From the NCBI GenBank assembly GCA_041746255.1, contig JBGTHM010000029.1, positions 1 to 11,140 on the forward strand: a DNA stretch of 11,140 nucleotides. The letters run 5' to 3'. The notes under the pieces are model-generated. The model was not told where the DNA came from. It was given only the letters and a program-made list of their open reading frames with translations, and did not search any database. Of the stretch, positions 1-9,845 are shown piece by piece. Position numbers and translations under genes: made by a program. Numbering within the stretch: position 1 is the stretch's first letter; each line of letters opens with the position of its first letter. This DNA comes from Fibrobacteria bacterium (GTDB lineage: Bacteria; Fibrobacterota; Fibrobacteria; UBA11236).

Positions 1-828
1 GGGGCCGCGACGGCGGCGAGCTCGGGTAGCGCGTTGAACGCGGCGAGCGCGAGCAGCGGGCGGGAAATTATTGCGGGGCCCTCTGGGGAAATCGCCGCAG
101 CGGAACACAAGGAATACGTGACCTTGATCTTCAAGGACAACGGCAAAGGCATGGACTCGGAAACAGCGGCGCATGTCTTCGATCCGTTCTACTCAACCAA
201 GGCCAAATCCACCGGGTCAGTGGGATTGGGCATGTCGACGGGCTACGGCATCATCCAGCAGAGCGGGGGAACGATCTCCCTTACCAGCGTGCCGGGAAGC
301 GGTACGGAAATCATCATCCATCTTCCCGTCCACAATGGGAAGGCGCAATCCCGTCCGAAGACGGATACGCCACCCGCGGCTGTTCCCCACGTGCCGGCCC
401 CGGGCGGATGGGAGGGAAAAGGCGAAGGCCAAAAGGCCACCATCCTCCTGGTGGAAGACGAAGCCGCCGTGCGGAAGATGGCTGGCCTGGTCCTGCAAAA
501 AAACGGTTACAAAGTCCTGGAAGCTGTGAATGGCGAAGAGGGATTGGCGACTTTCACCGCTCAATCCCATGGTATCGATCTCGTGCTATCGGATGTGATG
601 ATGCCGAAAATGGGCGGCTTGGAAATGGCCCGGGAAATCCTTTCCCGCCACCCGGATTTTCCCATCCTCTTCATGTCGGGGTATTCTGATGACCACATGG
701 GCGGCTTTGAAATGCCGCCTGGACGCTTTGGATTCCTCCAGAAGCCTTTTTCGGTCGCGGATTTCCTGGAGAAAGTGGACGGAGCCATCCACGGGATGGC
801 TCCCCGAGAGCGTCAGGCTTTGCAATAA
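1..828 (+). CDS. Hybrid sensor histidine kinase/response regulator (CckA-like), C-terminal part: HATPase_c + REC; 5'-truncated by the window edge
   Basis: The frame is open from base 1, so the ORF-track TTG start at 34 is not the real start. G1/F/G2 boxes are present (DNGKGM, VFDPFYSTK, GLGMSTGYGII), followed by a Pro-rich linker and a receiver domain (ILLVEDE, LVLSDVMMP, FMSGY, LQKPF). Stop TAA at 826-828. Confidence 0.93.
   Translation, partial: GAATAASSGSALNAASASSGREIIAGPSGEIAAAEHKEYVTLIFKDNGKGMDSETAAHVFDPFYSTKAKSTGSVGLGMSTGYGIIQQSGGTISLTSVPGSGTEIIIHLPVHNGKAQSRPKTDTPPAAVPHVPAPGGWEGKGEGQKATILLVEDEAAVRKMAGLVLQKNGYKVLEAVNGEEGLATFTAQSHGIDLVLSDVMMPKMGGLEMAREILSRHPDFPILFMSGYSDDHMGGFEMPPGRFGFLQKPFSVADFLEKVDGAIHGMAPRERQALQ
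781..803. repeat. Perfect 10-bp inverted repeat (GGAGCCATCC-acg-GGATGGCTCC) inside the 3' end of the kinase gene
   Basis: Read directly: 781-790 is the reverse complement of 794-803. No U-tract follows on either strand. Confidence 0.8.
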
Positions 829-920
829 GAAGTGGACTTATATTTAAGTTTGCTTCTCGCAATCAACTTTTCCTTTTTCAAATTTAATCTTTCGTCCCCA
901 AAAAATACCTTTCATTTAAT

Positions 921-957
921 GACCCGAAGGGGCAACTCTTCGAGGCCCATGTTGCCC
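921..957. terminator. GC-rich hairpin region just past the DAACS stop codon; possible terminator or 3' stabilising structure
   Basis: CGAAGGG-GCAA-CTCTTCG (925-942), with an alternative pairing GGGCAAC(930-936)/GTTGCCC(951-957). It lies between convergent genes but has no adjacent clean U-tract. Confidence 0.4.
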
Positions 958-960
958 GCC

Positions 961-2316
961 TCAGTCTTGCACGCGCTTCTGCAGGATTCCGCTTTCGCCT
1001 TCGCTACGCGCGATAATCACCGCCCCGCAACTATCGCCGAAAATATTCACGCTGGTCCGGAACATATCCAATATGCGATCCACCACCAAAATCAAACCGA
1101 TGCCTTCGACCGGAAGCCCGATGGCCGCCAGGATAATGGCGATGGCTACCAGGCTGGCCGAAGGAATACCCGCCACGCCGATGGAGGTCAGTAAGGCCAC
1201 CATAACCACGGTAAACTGAACCCCCAGGCTCAACTCGAGTCCATAGCATTGAGCGATGAAAAGCGCGGCCACGCATTCGTACAGGGCCGTTCCGTCCATA
1301 TTCACCGTCGCGCCCAAAGGCAGGACAAAGCTGCTCGTGCGCCGGGAGACTCCGGCGTTCTTTTCCACGCATTCGATGGTGCGCGGGAGGGTGGCCGAAG
1401 AGGAGCTGGTGGAAAAGGCCATGAGCAGCGCACTGGCCATGGCCTGGAAATGGCGAAAGGGACTGACGCGGCCCACTAATAAAAGTAGTAGCGGCAAGGT
1501 TATAAAGGCATGGCCCGCCAAAGCCAAGACGGTGGTAAAAAAGAAATCGCGCAAGGGAACGAAAGCGTCGAAACCGGTGCTGGCAACGGTTTTCGCGACC
1601 AATCCGAACACGCCCACCGGGGCCAAGCGCATTACCAAATCGGTGATTTTGATCATGACTTCATAAACGCCTTCGAAAAAGCGAAGCAGGCTGCCTTCGT
1701 AAACGTTTCCCACCCGCGTCAGGAAAAATCCGAACAACATGCTGAAAACGATAACCGCCAGAATGTCGCCTTCGGCCGCCGCACGAACCACATTCTCCGG
1801 AATCATGCGCACGAAAATTTCCACGATGTCGCCGGCGCCTTTGTCCGAAACCGAGGCCATTACGCTTTCGGTGCCCGCGGAAAGGCCAATCAAATCTTTT
1901 GCGGGCTTACCCTCGACGATTCCGGGTTGAATCAGGTTCACCCAGAACAGGCCCATCAGAATCGCAGCCATACTGCTGACGGAATAGAATACCAGGGTCT
2001 TAACGCCCAGACGCGCGAAATCGCGGCTCTTTCCGATACCCGCCACTCCGGTAATGATGGAGGCCGCGATGAGAGGCACGACGATCATCTTCAACCCGCG
2101 TAAAAAGATTTCACCCATAAAGGCGAAAGTATCCATCAGCGGCAAACCGAAAAGATGGCCCTCTTCTCCGGACAACCAACCCGCCAAACCACCCGCTATC
2201 AAGGCAATGAATATCTGCCAGTGGAGTGCGAGTTTTCGTTTGGGATTGCTTCGCTCCGACCCGGCATCAGCAGCGTCGCGGTTTTCGGACAAGGGAGGGG
2301 GAATGGGTTTATCCAT
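961..2316 (-). CDS. Dicarboxylate/amino acid:cation symporter (DAACS/SDF family, GltP/GltPh-like), probably Na+-coupled Asp/Glu uptake
   Basis: Family motifs: HP1 FSTSSSSATLP, TM7 LPLGATVNMDGTALYE, HP2 SIGVAGIP, TM8 DRILDMFRTSVNIFGD. The Asp and Arg equivalent to GltPh D394/R397 are retained. Multiple hydrophobic helices. Confidence 0.95.
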   Translation of the reverse strand: MDKPIPPPLSENRDAADAGSERSNPKRKLALHWQIFIALIAGGLAGWLSGEEGHLFGLPLMDTFAFMGEIFLRGLKMIVVPLIAASIITGVAGIGKSRDFARLGVKTLVFYSVSSMAAILMGLFWVNLIQPGIVEGKPAKDLIGLSAGTESVMASVSDKGAGDIVEIFVRMIPENVVRAAAEGDILAVIVFSMLFGFFLTRVGNVYEGSLLRFFEGVYEVMIKITDLVMRLAPVGVFGLVAKTVASTGFDAFVPLRDFFFTTVLALAGHAFITLPLLLLLVGRVSPFRHFQAMASALLMAFSTSSSSATLPRTIECVEKNAGVSRRTSSFVLPLGATVNMDGTALYECVAALFIAQCYGLELSLGVQFTVVMVALLTSIGVAGIPSASLVAIAIILAAIGLPVEGIGLILVVDRILDMFRTSVNIFGDSCGAVIIARSEGESGILQKRVQD

Positions 2317-2343
2317 GAGGTCTAAGCTTACGCTTCCGCAAAA

Positions 2344-3669
2344 CTAATAAATCAAGAGCTCCCGGAGTTTCGTAAGCAGCCCTTTCGGGGTGAAGGGCTT
2401 CTCCAGGAACAGGCCTAGGGCTCGATTATCCTCCGCCGGGGGATTTCCATTGGGGCTTTCGTCCGCAGTTCCGCTCATGAATAGGACCCGCATATCCGGA
2501 CGAAGCTCGCGCACCTGTTCCGCGAGATCGACTCCGCGATGGCGAGGCAGGGTTTTATCCGTAATCATTCCCGTCAAATTCCCCTCATGCATGGAACAGA
2601 TTTCCAATGCATCTTCGCCGTTGGCGGCCTCCAAAACCTGATGCCCCGCCATGCGCAATACAGCGCAAACCAAGGCGCGAACCGAATCGTCGTCCTCTAC
2701 CACCAGCAAGGTTGCGGGAGGAAAATCGGTAGCGAAATAGGTTTGCGAGGCATCGGTTGCGTCAGTCCGTAGCGCGTTGGGTTCAGGACAAGGAATATAC
2801 AGGCTGAACACGGTTCCCCGACCCGGATGGCTGGCAACTTCGATATCACCTCCCATATCGCGAACTATGCCAAAAACCGTGGTCAATCCTACGCCCGTGC
2901 CGCTACCCTTGGATTTAGTGGTGTAAAAGGGATCGAAAATCCGAGCCAGGGTGCTTTTATCCATTCCCACCCCGGTATCCGTAACGGAAACAAGAATGCA
3001 GGGCCCCTGTTTCTTCCCTTCCCGGGTAAAGTGGGAGTGGATGGGGAAGGTGGAATTGGCGGTGGCGAAAGTAATGCGACCGCCTCCGGGCATAGCATCG
3101 CGGGCATTCAAGGCCAGATTCAATAACGCCTGCTCCATTTGTCCGGAATCGCCCAGCACCAATTCCAAATGCGGGTCGAGCAAAACCTGCAAATCAATTT
3201 GTTTTCCTAGAAGGCGCTCCAGCATCCCGCTGAGATTCTCCATTACCGAATTAACATCCAGGGCTCCGAAGGCGATTTTCTTTTTGCGGCTGAACGCGAG
3301 GATTTGCCGGGTCAGCCCCGTGGCTCTTTCACCCGCCCGGCATATTTGTTCCAAACCCGATCGGATTTCCTCGTCCTCAAACCGCTTTTCGAGCAGCAAG
3401 GCGCTGTAACCGTTTATCGCCACCAGCAGGTTATTGAAATCATGCGCCATGGCTAGGGCCATGTGACCCAGCGCTTCCATTTTACGGGATTGCCGGTTGT
3501 CTTCTTCGAGAATCGGCGCCGCTTTCCAATCCTGGGAGGATTTTTTTTGCAGCCGCAGCAAATCGATCATTTTGTTTTTATGCTGGAGTTCCTTTCGCAG
3601 GCTGCCTATCAGATCTTTCAACTCATCGATTTGTTGCTGAGATTCTCCAGGTTCAACGGCAACGTCCAT
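2344..3669 (-). CDS. Cytoplasmic hybrid histidine kinase (coiled coil-HisKA-HATPase_c-REC), CckA-like
   Basis: H box AHDFNNLL, N box QALLNLALNARDAM, DTGVGM, IFDPFYTTK, GTGVGLTTV, then a REC domain (LLVVEDD, MITDKTLP, FMSG, LEKPF). I place the start at ATG 3669 because AAAGGA lies 8 nt upstream; ATG 3678 is an alternative. The ORF-track extension to 3834 looks non-coding. Confidence 0.9.
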   Translation of the reverse strand: MDVAVEPGESQQQIDELKDLIGSLRKELQHKNKMIDLLRLQKKSSQDWKAAPILEEDNRQSRKMEALGHMALAMAHDFNNLLVAINGYSALLLEKRFEDEEIRSGLEQICRAGERATGLTRQILAFSRKKKIAFGALDVNSVMENLSGMLERLLGKQIDLQVLLDPHLELVLGDSGQMEQALLNLALNARDAMPGGGRITFATANSTFPIHSHFTREGKKQGPCILVSVTDTGVGMDKSTLARIFDPFYTTKSKGSGTGVGLTTVFGIVRDMGGDIEVASHPGRGTVFSLYIPCPEPNALRTDATDASQTYFATDFPPATLLVVEDDDSVRALVCAVLRMAGHQVLEAANGEDALEICSMHEGNLTGMITDKTLPRHRGVDLAEQVRELRPDMRVLFMSGTADESPNGNPPAEDNRALGLFLEKPFTPKGLLTKLRELLIY

Positions 3670-3855
3670 GGCGGCCATCCTTTCTGATTCGAATTCCGGA
3701 AGCGCGATTTTCACCGGAAAAGTGACAGAGCACCCGGAGGAAAACCGGGGGTAACACCTCCATTCTATTTCCTTTTTGCGACGGAAATCCAAAGAAAACG
3801 TCGTGGAAACCGGCCGACTCCACGGCCGAATCACCCCTGCATTCCATACATGGGG

Positions 3856-4764
3856 TTATCCCACGCGGAACCTTCCCAACCAGACAATCCCCATGGCCAC
3901 CAATGCCATACCCGCGAGTTGGGTTACGCGAATCGTATCGCCCCATAGCAGCCATCCCATCAGGAAAGCGGCCAGGGGGCTGCTGCAGCTTGCAATGGAA
4001 GCGCGTGTTGATCCGATGAGACGCACCCCGTACCCGAACAGGTAAACCGGAATCACGGTGGAAAAAAATGCCAGAACCAAAAGCAATAACAATATCTCCG
4101 GAGTAAAACGGAGAGAATCCATTCCGCGGTCGAGACAGAAATGCCCGAGAAAGGTCCCTCCCGAAACCAACATGGCATAGCCCGCCAGACGCGATGCGCC
4201 AATTTTTACTACGTAGCGCCCATAGCCAACCAGGTAGACGGCATAGGAAAAAGCGCTCAGCAGAATCAGCGTCGCCCCGAAATACCCCTTTTCCGGGTGG
4301 ATACCCGCGCCGTCGGCGAAAGCGAGGGCAATTCCCCCATAACTCAAAGCCAGTGGCCCGAGTATGCCCAGAGAAGGCTTGGCCCCCGGAAGAAACAAAC
4401 CGATTACGACCACGAAAGCGGGATAGGAATACAGGATAAGCCTTTCCAATCCGGCCGACACGTATTGCAATCCCACCAAATCCAAATAGCTGGCGAGGTA
4501 ATAACCGGTAAACCCCAACAGCGAGACGACCACCCAGTCACGCACTCCGAGCGGGGAGGGATGGGTACGACGAAACAGTTGGACCAGCGCCACCACCAGG
4601 AAAATCGGCATCGCAAATAGCAGGCGCCCCGCCATCACCGTAACCGGGTCCAATCCCAGTTCGTAGGCGATTTTGATTAAGGGCCCTTTACACGCGAATA
4701 AAACGGATGAAAGCACCACGGCGGAGAATCCGGCCAGGTATCGAGTAGGTACTGGATAAGACAT
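3856..4764 (-). CDS. EamA/DMT superfamily transporter (about 10 TM, two EamA repeats)
   Basis: 302 aa with about 10 hydrophobic segments and motifs GYYLASYLDLVGLQYVSAGLERLILYSYP and GVRLIGSTRAS...LLWGDTI...QLAG. GGAG Shine-Dalgarno just upstream of ATG 4764. Confidence 0.92.
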   Translation of the reverse strand: MSYPVPTRYLAGFSAVVLSSVLFACKGPLIKIAYELGLDPVTVMAGRLLFAMPIFLVVALVQLFRRTHPSPLGVRDWVVVSLLGFTGYYLASYLDLVGLQYVSAGLERLILYSYPAFVVVIGLFLPGAKPSLGILGPLALSYGGIALAFADGAGIHPEKGYFGATLILLSAFSYAVYLVGYGRYVVKIGASRLAGYAMLVSGGTFLGHFCLDRGMDSLRFTPEILLLLLVLAFFSTVIPVYLFGYGVRLIGSTRASIASCSSPLAAFLMGWLLWGDTIRVTQLAGMALVAMGIVWLGRFRVG

Positions 4765-4809
4765 AACGGCTCCCAGGGAGGCCGAATTACCGTCTTTATG
4801 CGAGGGGAT

Positions 4810-4840
4810 AAAAAAACCCGCTCGCCAAGGAGCGGGTCTT
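4810..4840 (-). terminator. Intrinsic terminator upstream of the EamA gene (probable attenuator terminator)
   Basis: Minus strand reads ACCCGCTC-cttggc-GAGCGGGT-TTTTTT: an 8-bp stem (4837-4830 with 4823-4816) followed by a U-tract (4815-4810). Confidence 0.88.
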
Positions 4841-4882
4841 CGACCGGTTATTATTCCGGCATCAAAAAACGAACCCGCTCCT
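4828..4882 (-). promoter_or_regulatory. Antiterminator helix, mutually exclusive with the terminator
   Basis: On the minus strand AGGAGCGGGT (4882-4873) is perfectly complementary over 10 nt to ACCCGCTCCT (4837-4828), which contains the terminator 5' arm. A small CCGG-aataataa-CCGG hairpin (4859-4844) sits in the loop. Confidence 0.75.
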
Positions 4883-4993
4883 CCCCCCTATTCCAATGGT
4901 TGCGCGCCAAATAATAGCGGATAACGCAACTTTCAGCACAGCCGAAGCGGATGCCTTGCGATGGGAGTCAGGTGCGGAGGTGTTAGGGTTCAC
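4862..4993 (-). CDS. Putative 43-aa attenuator leader peptide MNPNTSAPDSHRKASASAVLKVALSAIIWRATIGIGGRSGFVF
   Basis: Hand-translated from GTG 4993 to TGA 4864-4862 (44 codons), with an alternative in-frame GTG at 4939. The last codons overlap the antiterminator strand. It is below the ORF-track size cutoff, and translation is inferred. Confidence 0.5.
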   Translation of the reverse strand: MNPNTSAPDSHRKASASAVLKVALSAIIWRATIGIGGRSGFVF

Positions 4994-5000
4994 GAAAAAA

Positions 5001-5030
5001 GATCTACTCAAGCGAGTACCCCGCTGTCAA
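5001..5030 (-). promoter_or_regulatory. Putative sigma70 promoter for the leader/EamA transcript
   Basis: Perfect -35 TTGACA (5030-5025), 18-nt spacer, weak -10 TAGATC (5006-5001), then 7 nt to the leader GTG at 4993. Confidence 0.55.
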
Positions 5031-5042
5031 CCCGGTGGCTAA

Positions 5043-5585
5043 TCAGGGTTGGGAATCGGAAGTCGCCGGCAAGACGGTTGTTCCATTGTCGGCCGGGGGG
5101 ATGTAAAGATCCGCCCAGGAGGCCCAGAAACGCGGCCGGTTTTCCAAATAGAATTCATCCTCGACGGCGTCTTCATACACCTGTTGCAAGGGGTTGAGCA
5201 CCAGGTAATGCAAATCTCCGACCTGATAGTCTATTACGTTTCCGCCCGCTTTTTCAGTAATTGCACCCCGTAAAGCCTTGCGCGGAATGCGGGGGTTATA
5301 ATGTCCCACCAATAGGAATTCATCCTGATAATCGCCTCGATAGACGAATTCCAAACGGTATTTCAAGATATAGGCATAGTCATAATGATCGTTGTCGGGA
5401 AAGTTTCCCGGTGCTTCGGCCAGGCGCGCGACAACCACCAAGGTACCCGGTACGGGAGGATTGTTGGGAATCCGGGTGATGGATTCCCTTTCGAGCTGGT
5501 TTTGCCGACAGCCGGTAAGGAAGCCACTGGGGAACAATCCTAGCACGACCGACATCAAAATAAGTAAACCGAATTCGCGGCGCAT
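5043..5585 (-). CDS. Uncharacterised lipoprotein (about 180 aa), beta-rich
   Basis: Starting at ATG 5585 gives a classic signal peptide MRREFGLLILMSVVLGLFPSGF plus lipobox LTGC. The ORF-track start at 5645 runs through a hairpin and is unlikely. The mature part is aromatic/acidic (PDNDHYDYAYILKY, VGHYNPR, EDEFY, RFWASWAD). Confidence 0.8.
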   Translation of the reverse strand: MRREFGLLILMSVVLGLFPSGFLTGCRQNQLERESITRIPNNPPVPGTLVVVARLAEAPGNFPDNDHYDYAYILKYRLEFVYRGDYQDEFLLVGHYNPRIPRKALRGAITEKAGGNVIDYQVGDLHYLVLNPLQQVYEDAVEDEFYLENRPRFWASWADLYIPPADNGTTVLPATSDSQP

Positions 5586-5591
5586 GCTCTC

Positions 5592-5600
5592 AATATAACA
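5592..5600 (-). promoter_or_regulatory. Extended -10 element (TGtTATATT) 6 nt upstream of the lipoprotein ATG; leaderless-type promoter
   Basis: Minus strand reads TGTTATATT-gagagc-ATG(5585). Confidence 0.5.
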
Positions 5601-5607
5601 TCGCGAG

Positions 5608-5636
5608 GAGAAATGGGCCGCGCATCGCACGGCCCA
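5608..5636 (-). terminator. Hairpin immediately downstream of nrdB; probable nrdAB terminator or 3' stabiliser
   Basis: Minus strand reads TGGGCCGTGC-gat-GCGCGGCCCA (10 bp with one G-U pair, 5636-5614) followed by a weak TTTCT tail. It starts 8 nt after the nrdB stop. Confidence 0.6.
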
Positions 5637-5644
5637 AGCAACCA

Positions 5645-6702
5645 TCAGTCCCAGTTCAAGGCGCCGCCCGTCTGGTATTCCACCACTCGGGTTTCGAAAA
5701 AGTTCTTTTCCTTGCGTAAGTCCAGGACTTCGCTCATCCAGGGAAAAGGATTTTCGGAATTGTAAATCTTAGGCAATCCGATTTTTTCCAATCGCCTGTC
5801 GGCCACATATTGAACATAGTCTTCGAACATGGCCGCATTGAGGCCGAGGATGCCGCGAGGCATGGTGTCCTGGGCATAAGCGACTTCAAGCTTCACCGCT
5901 TCGCGCACCATATGCACCGATTTCTCGCGGGTCTCCTTGGTCCAGATATCCGGGTTCTCGGCCTTGATGGTATTGATGATATCGATGCCGAAATTCATAT
6001 GCATGGTTTCGTCGCGCAGGATGTATTCGAATTGCTCGCCGGTGCCGGGCAGGCGGTTCTGGCGTTTGAAGTTCAACATCATCACGAAGCCGCTATAAAA
6101 GAAAATGCCTTCCATGATTACATAATAGCCGATAAGGTTTTCCAGGAAGGTTTGGGCGCCCTTGAAGGACTGCGTCTCGAAATCGGGCCGCAGCATTTCG
6201 CGCGTCAGGTCGATTTCGAAGGCGTCTTTTCCGTGAATGGATGCGACCTCGTGATACATGTTGAAGACTTCGGCTTCGTCCAGCCCCAGCGATTCGACGA
6301 TGTATTGGTAGGCGTGGGTATGCAGCGCCTCTTCAAAGGCTTGACGCAGCATGTATTGGCGGCATTCCGGATTGGTGATATGCCTATAGGCGGCCAGCAC
6401 GATATTGTTGGCGACCAGCGAATCGGCGGTGGAGAAAAACCCCATGTTGCGCTTGACCACCCGACGTTCGTCTTCGGTGAAAAGGTTGCTTTTCCAGAGT
6501 TCGATGTCGCGCGACATGTTGATTTCCTGCGGCATCCAGTGGTTCGCGCAGGCGTCGAGGTATTTTTGCCAAGCCCATTGGTATTTGATGGGAACCAGTT
6601 GGTTGACATCGGCCCGGCAGTTGATGATGCGTTTCTCATCCACCTTGACCCGGTCGGTCGATTCCCCGAACAGGGACTTATTCCCAACGATTGTTTCTGC
6701 GT

Positions 6703-6712
<10 letters not shown>
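5645..6712 (-). CDS. nrdB: Ribonucleoside-diphosphate reductase class Ia beta subunit
   Basis: Di-iron ligands and the radical Tyr are present: FFSTADSLV (Asp), EEALHTHAY (His and radical Tyr), [17 protein letters not shown]-terminus [10 protein letters not shown]. The Asp+Tyr combination argues for class Ia rather than the Glu/Phe Chlamydia-type class Ic. Confidence 0.97.
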
Positions 6713-9603
<2,891 letters not shown>

Positions 9604-9814
9604 CTTTTTCCGCTCTCCTATTCCTTGTTGCCTTGAATTCCGGATGGTTCGCTGCCGTCCGGATTCGAGCTAATGTTTGCCCGACTTTCATCCTTCGTCG
9701 TTTAGAGCCCTCCGGAGAGCCGCCAGGGCCAATGGTTATTGGCTTGGAGGCCTTACGGCAAGTAGGCTTTTCAAATTCCGGATGCTTAATATTAGTGTTT
9801 TTGAAATGGCGTAG

Positions 9815-9830
9815 CAACAAAATATTGAGT
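9815..9830. promoter_or_regulatory. NrdR box (gene-proximal) caACAAAATATTGAgt
   Basis: Matches the neighbouring palindromic core at 10 of 12 positions and is offset from it by exactly 31 bp (15-bp gap), the usual tandem NrdR-box arrangement. Confidence 0.8.
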
Positions 9831-9845
9831 ATTTTTTTTCCTAGA

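Noticed and set aside
3679..3834. N-terminal extension of the second kinase, and the overlapping small ORF ending at 3653
   Set aside because: The composition is not protein-like, and a better SD-ATG pair lies at 3669. The region has a TAGAAT -10-like hexamer and small hairpins typical of a promoter/UTR.
4800..4995. T-box or guanidine (ykkC-type) riboswitch upstream of the EamA gene
   Set aside because: No GGTGGNACC T-box. The ykkC-like words (TAGGGTT, GGGATAAAA) are on the wrong strand and in the wrong order.
9660..9765. c-di-GMP-I or cobalamin riboswitch in the nrdA leader
   Set aside because: GGCAAAC and a CGTAAGGCCTCC segment are present but in the wrong order for a GEMM motif. There are no B12-box, GGGAA or GCCACTG elements.
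9784..9799. Third NrdR box around TAATATTA
   Set aside because: Roughly in phase with the other two, but the dyad centre and flanks fit the consensus poorly.
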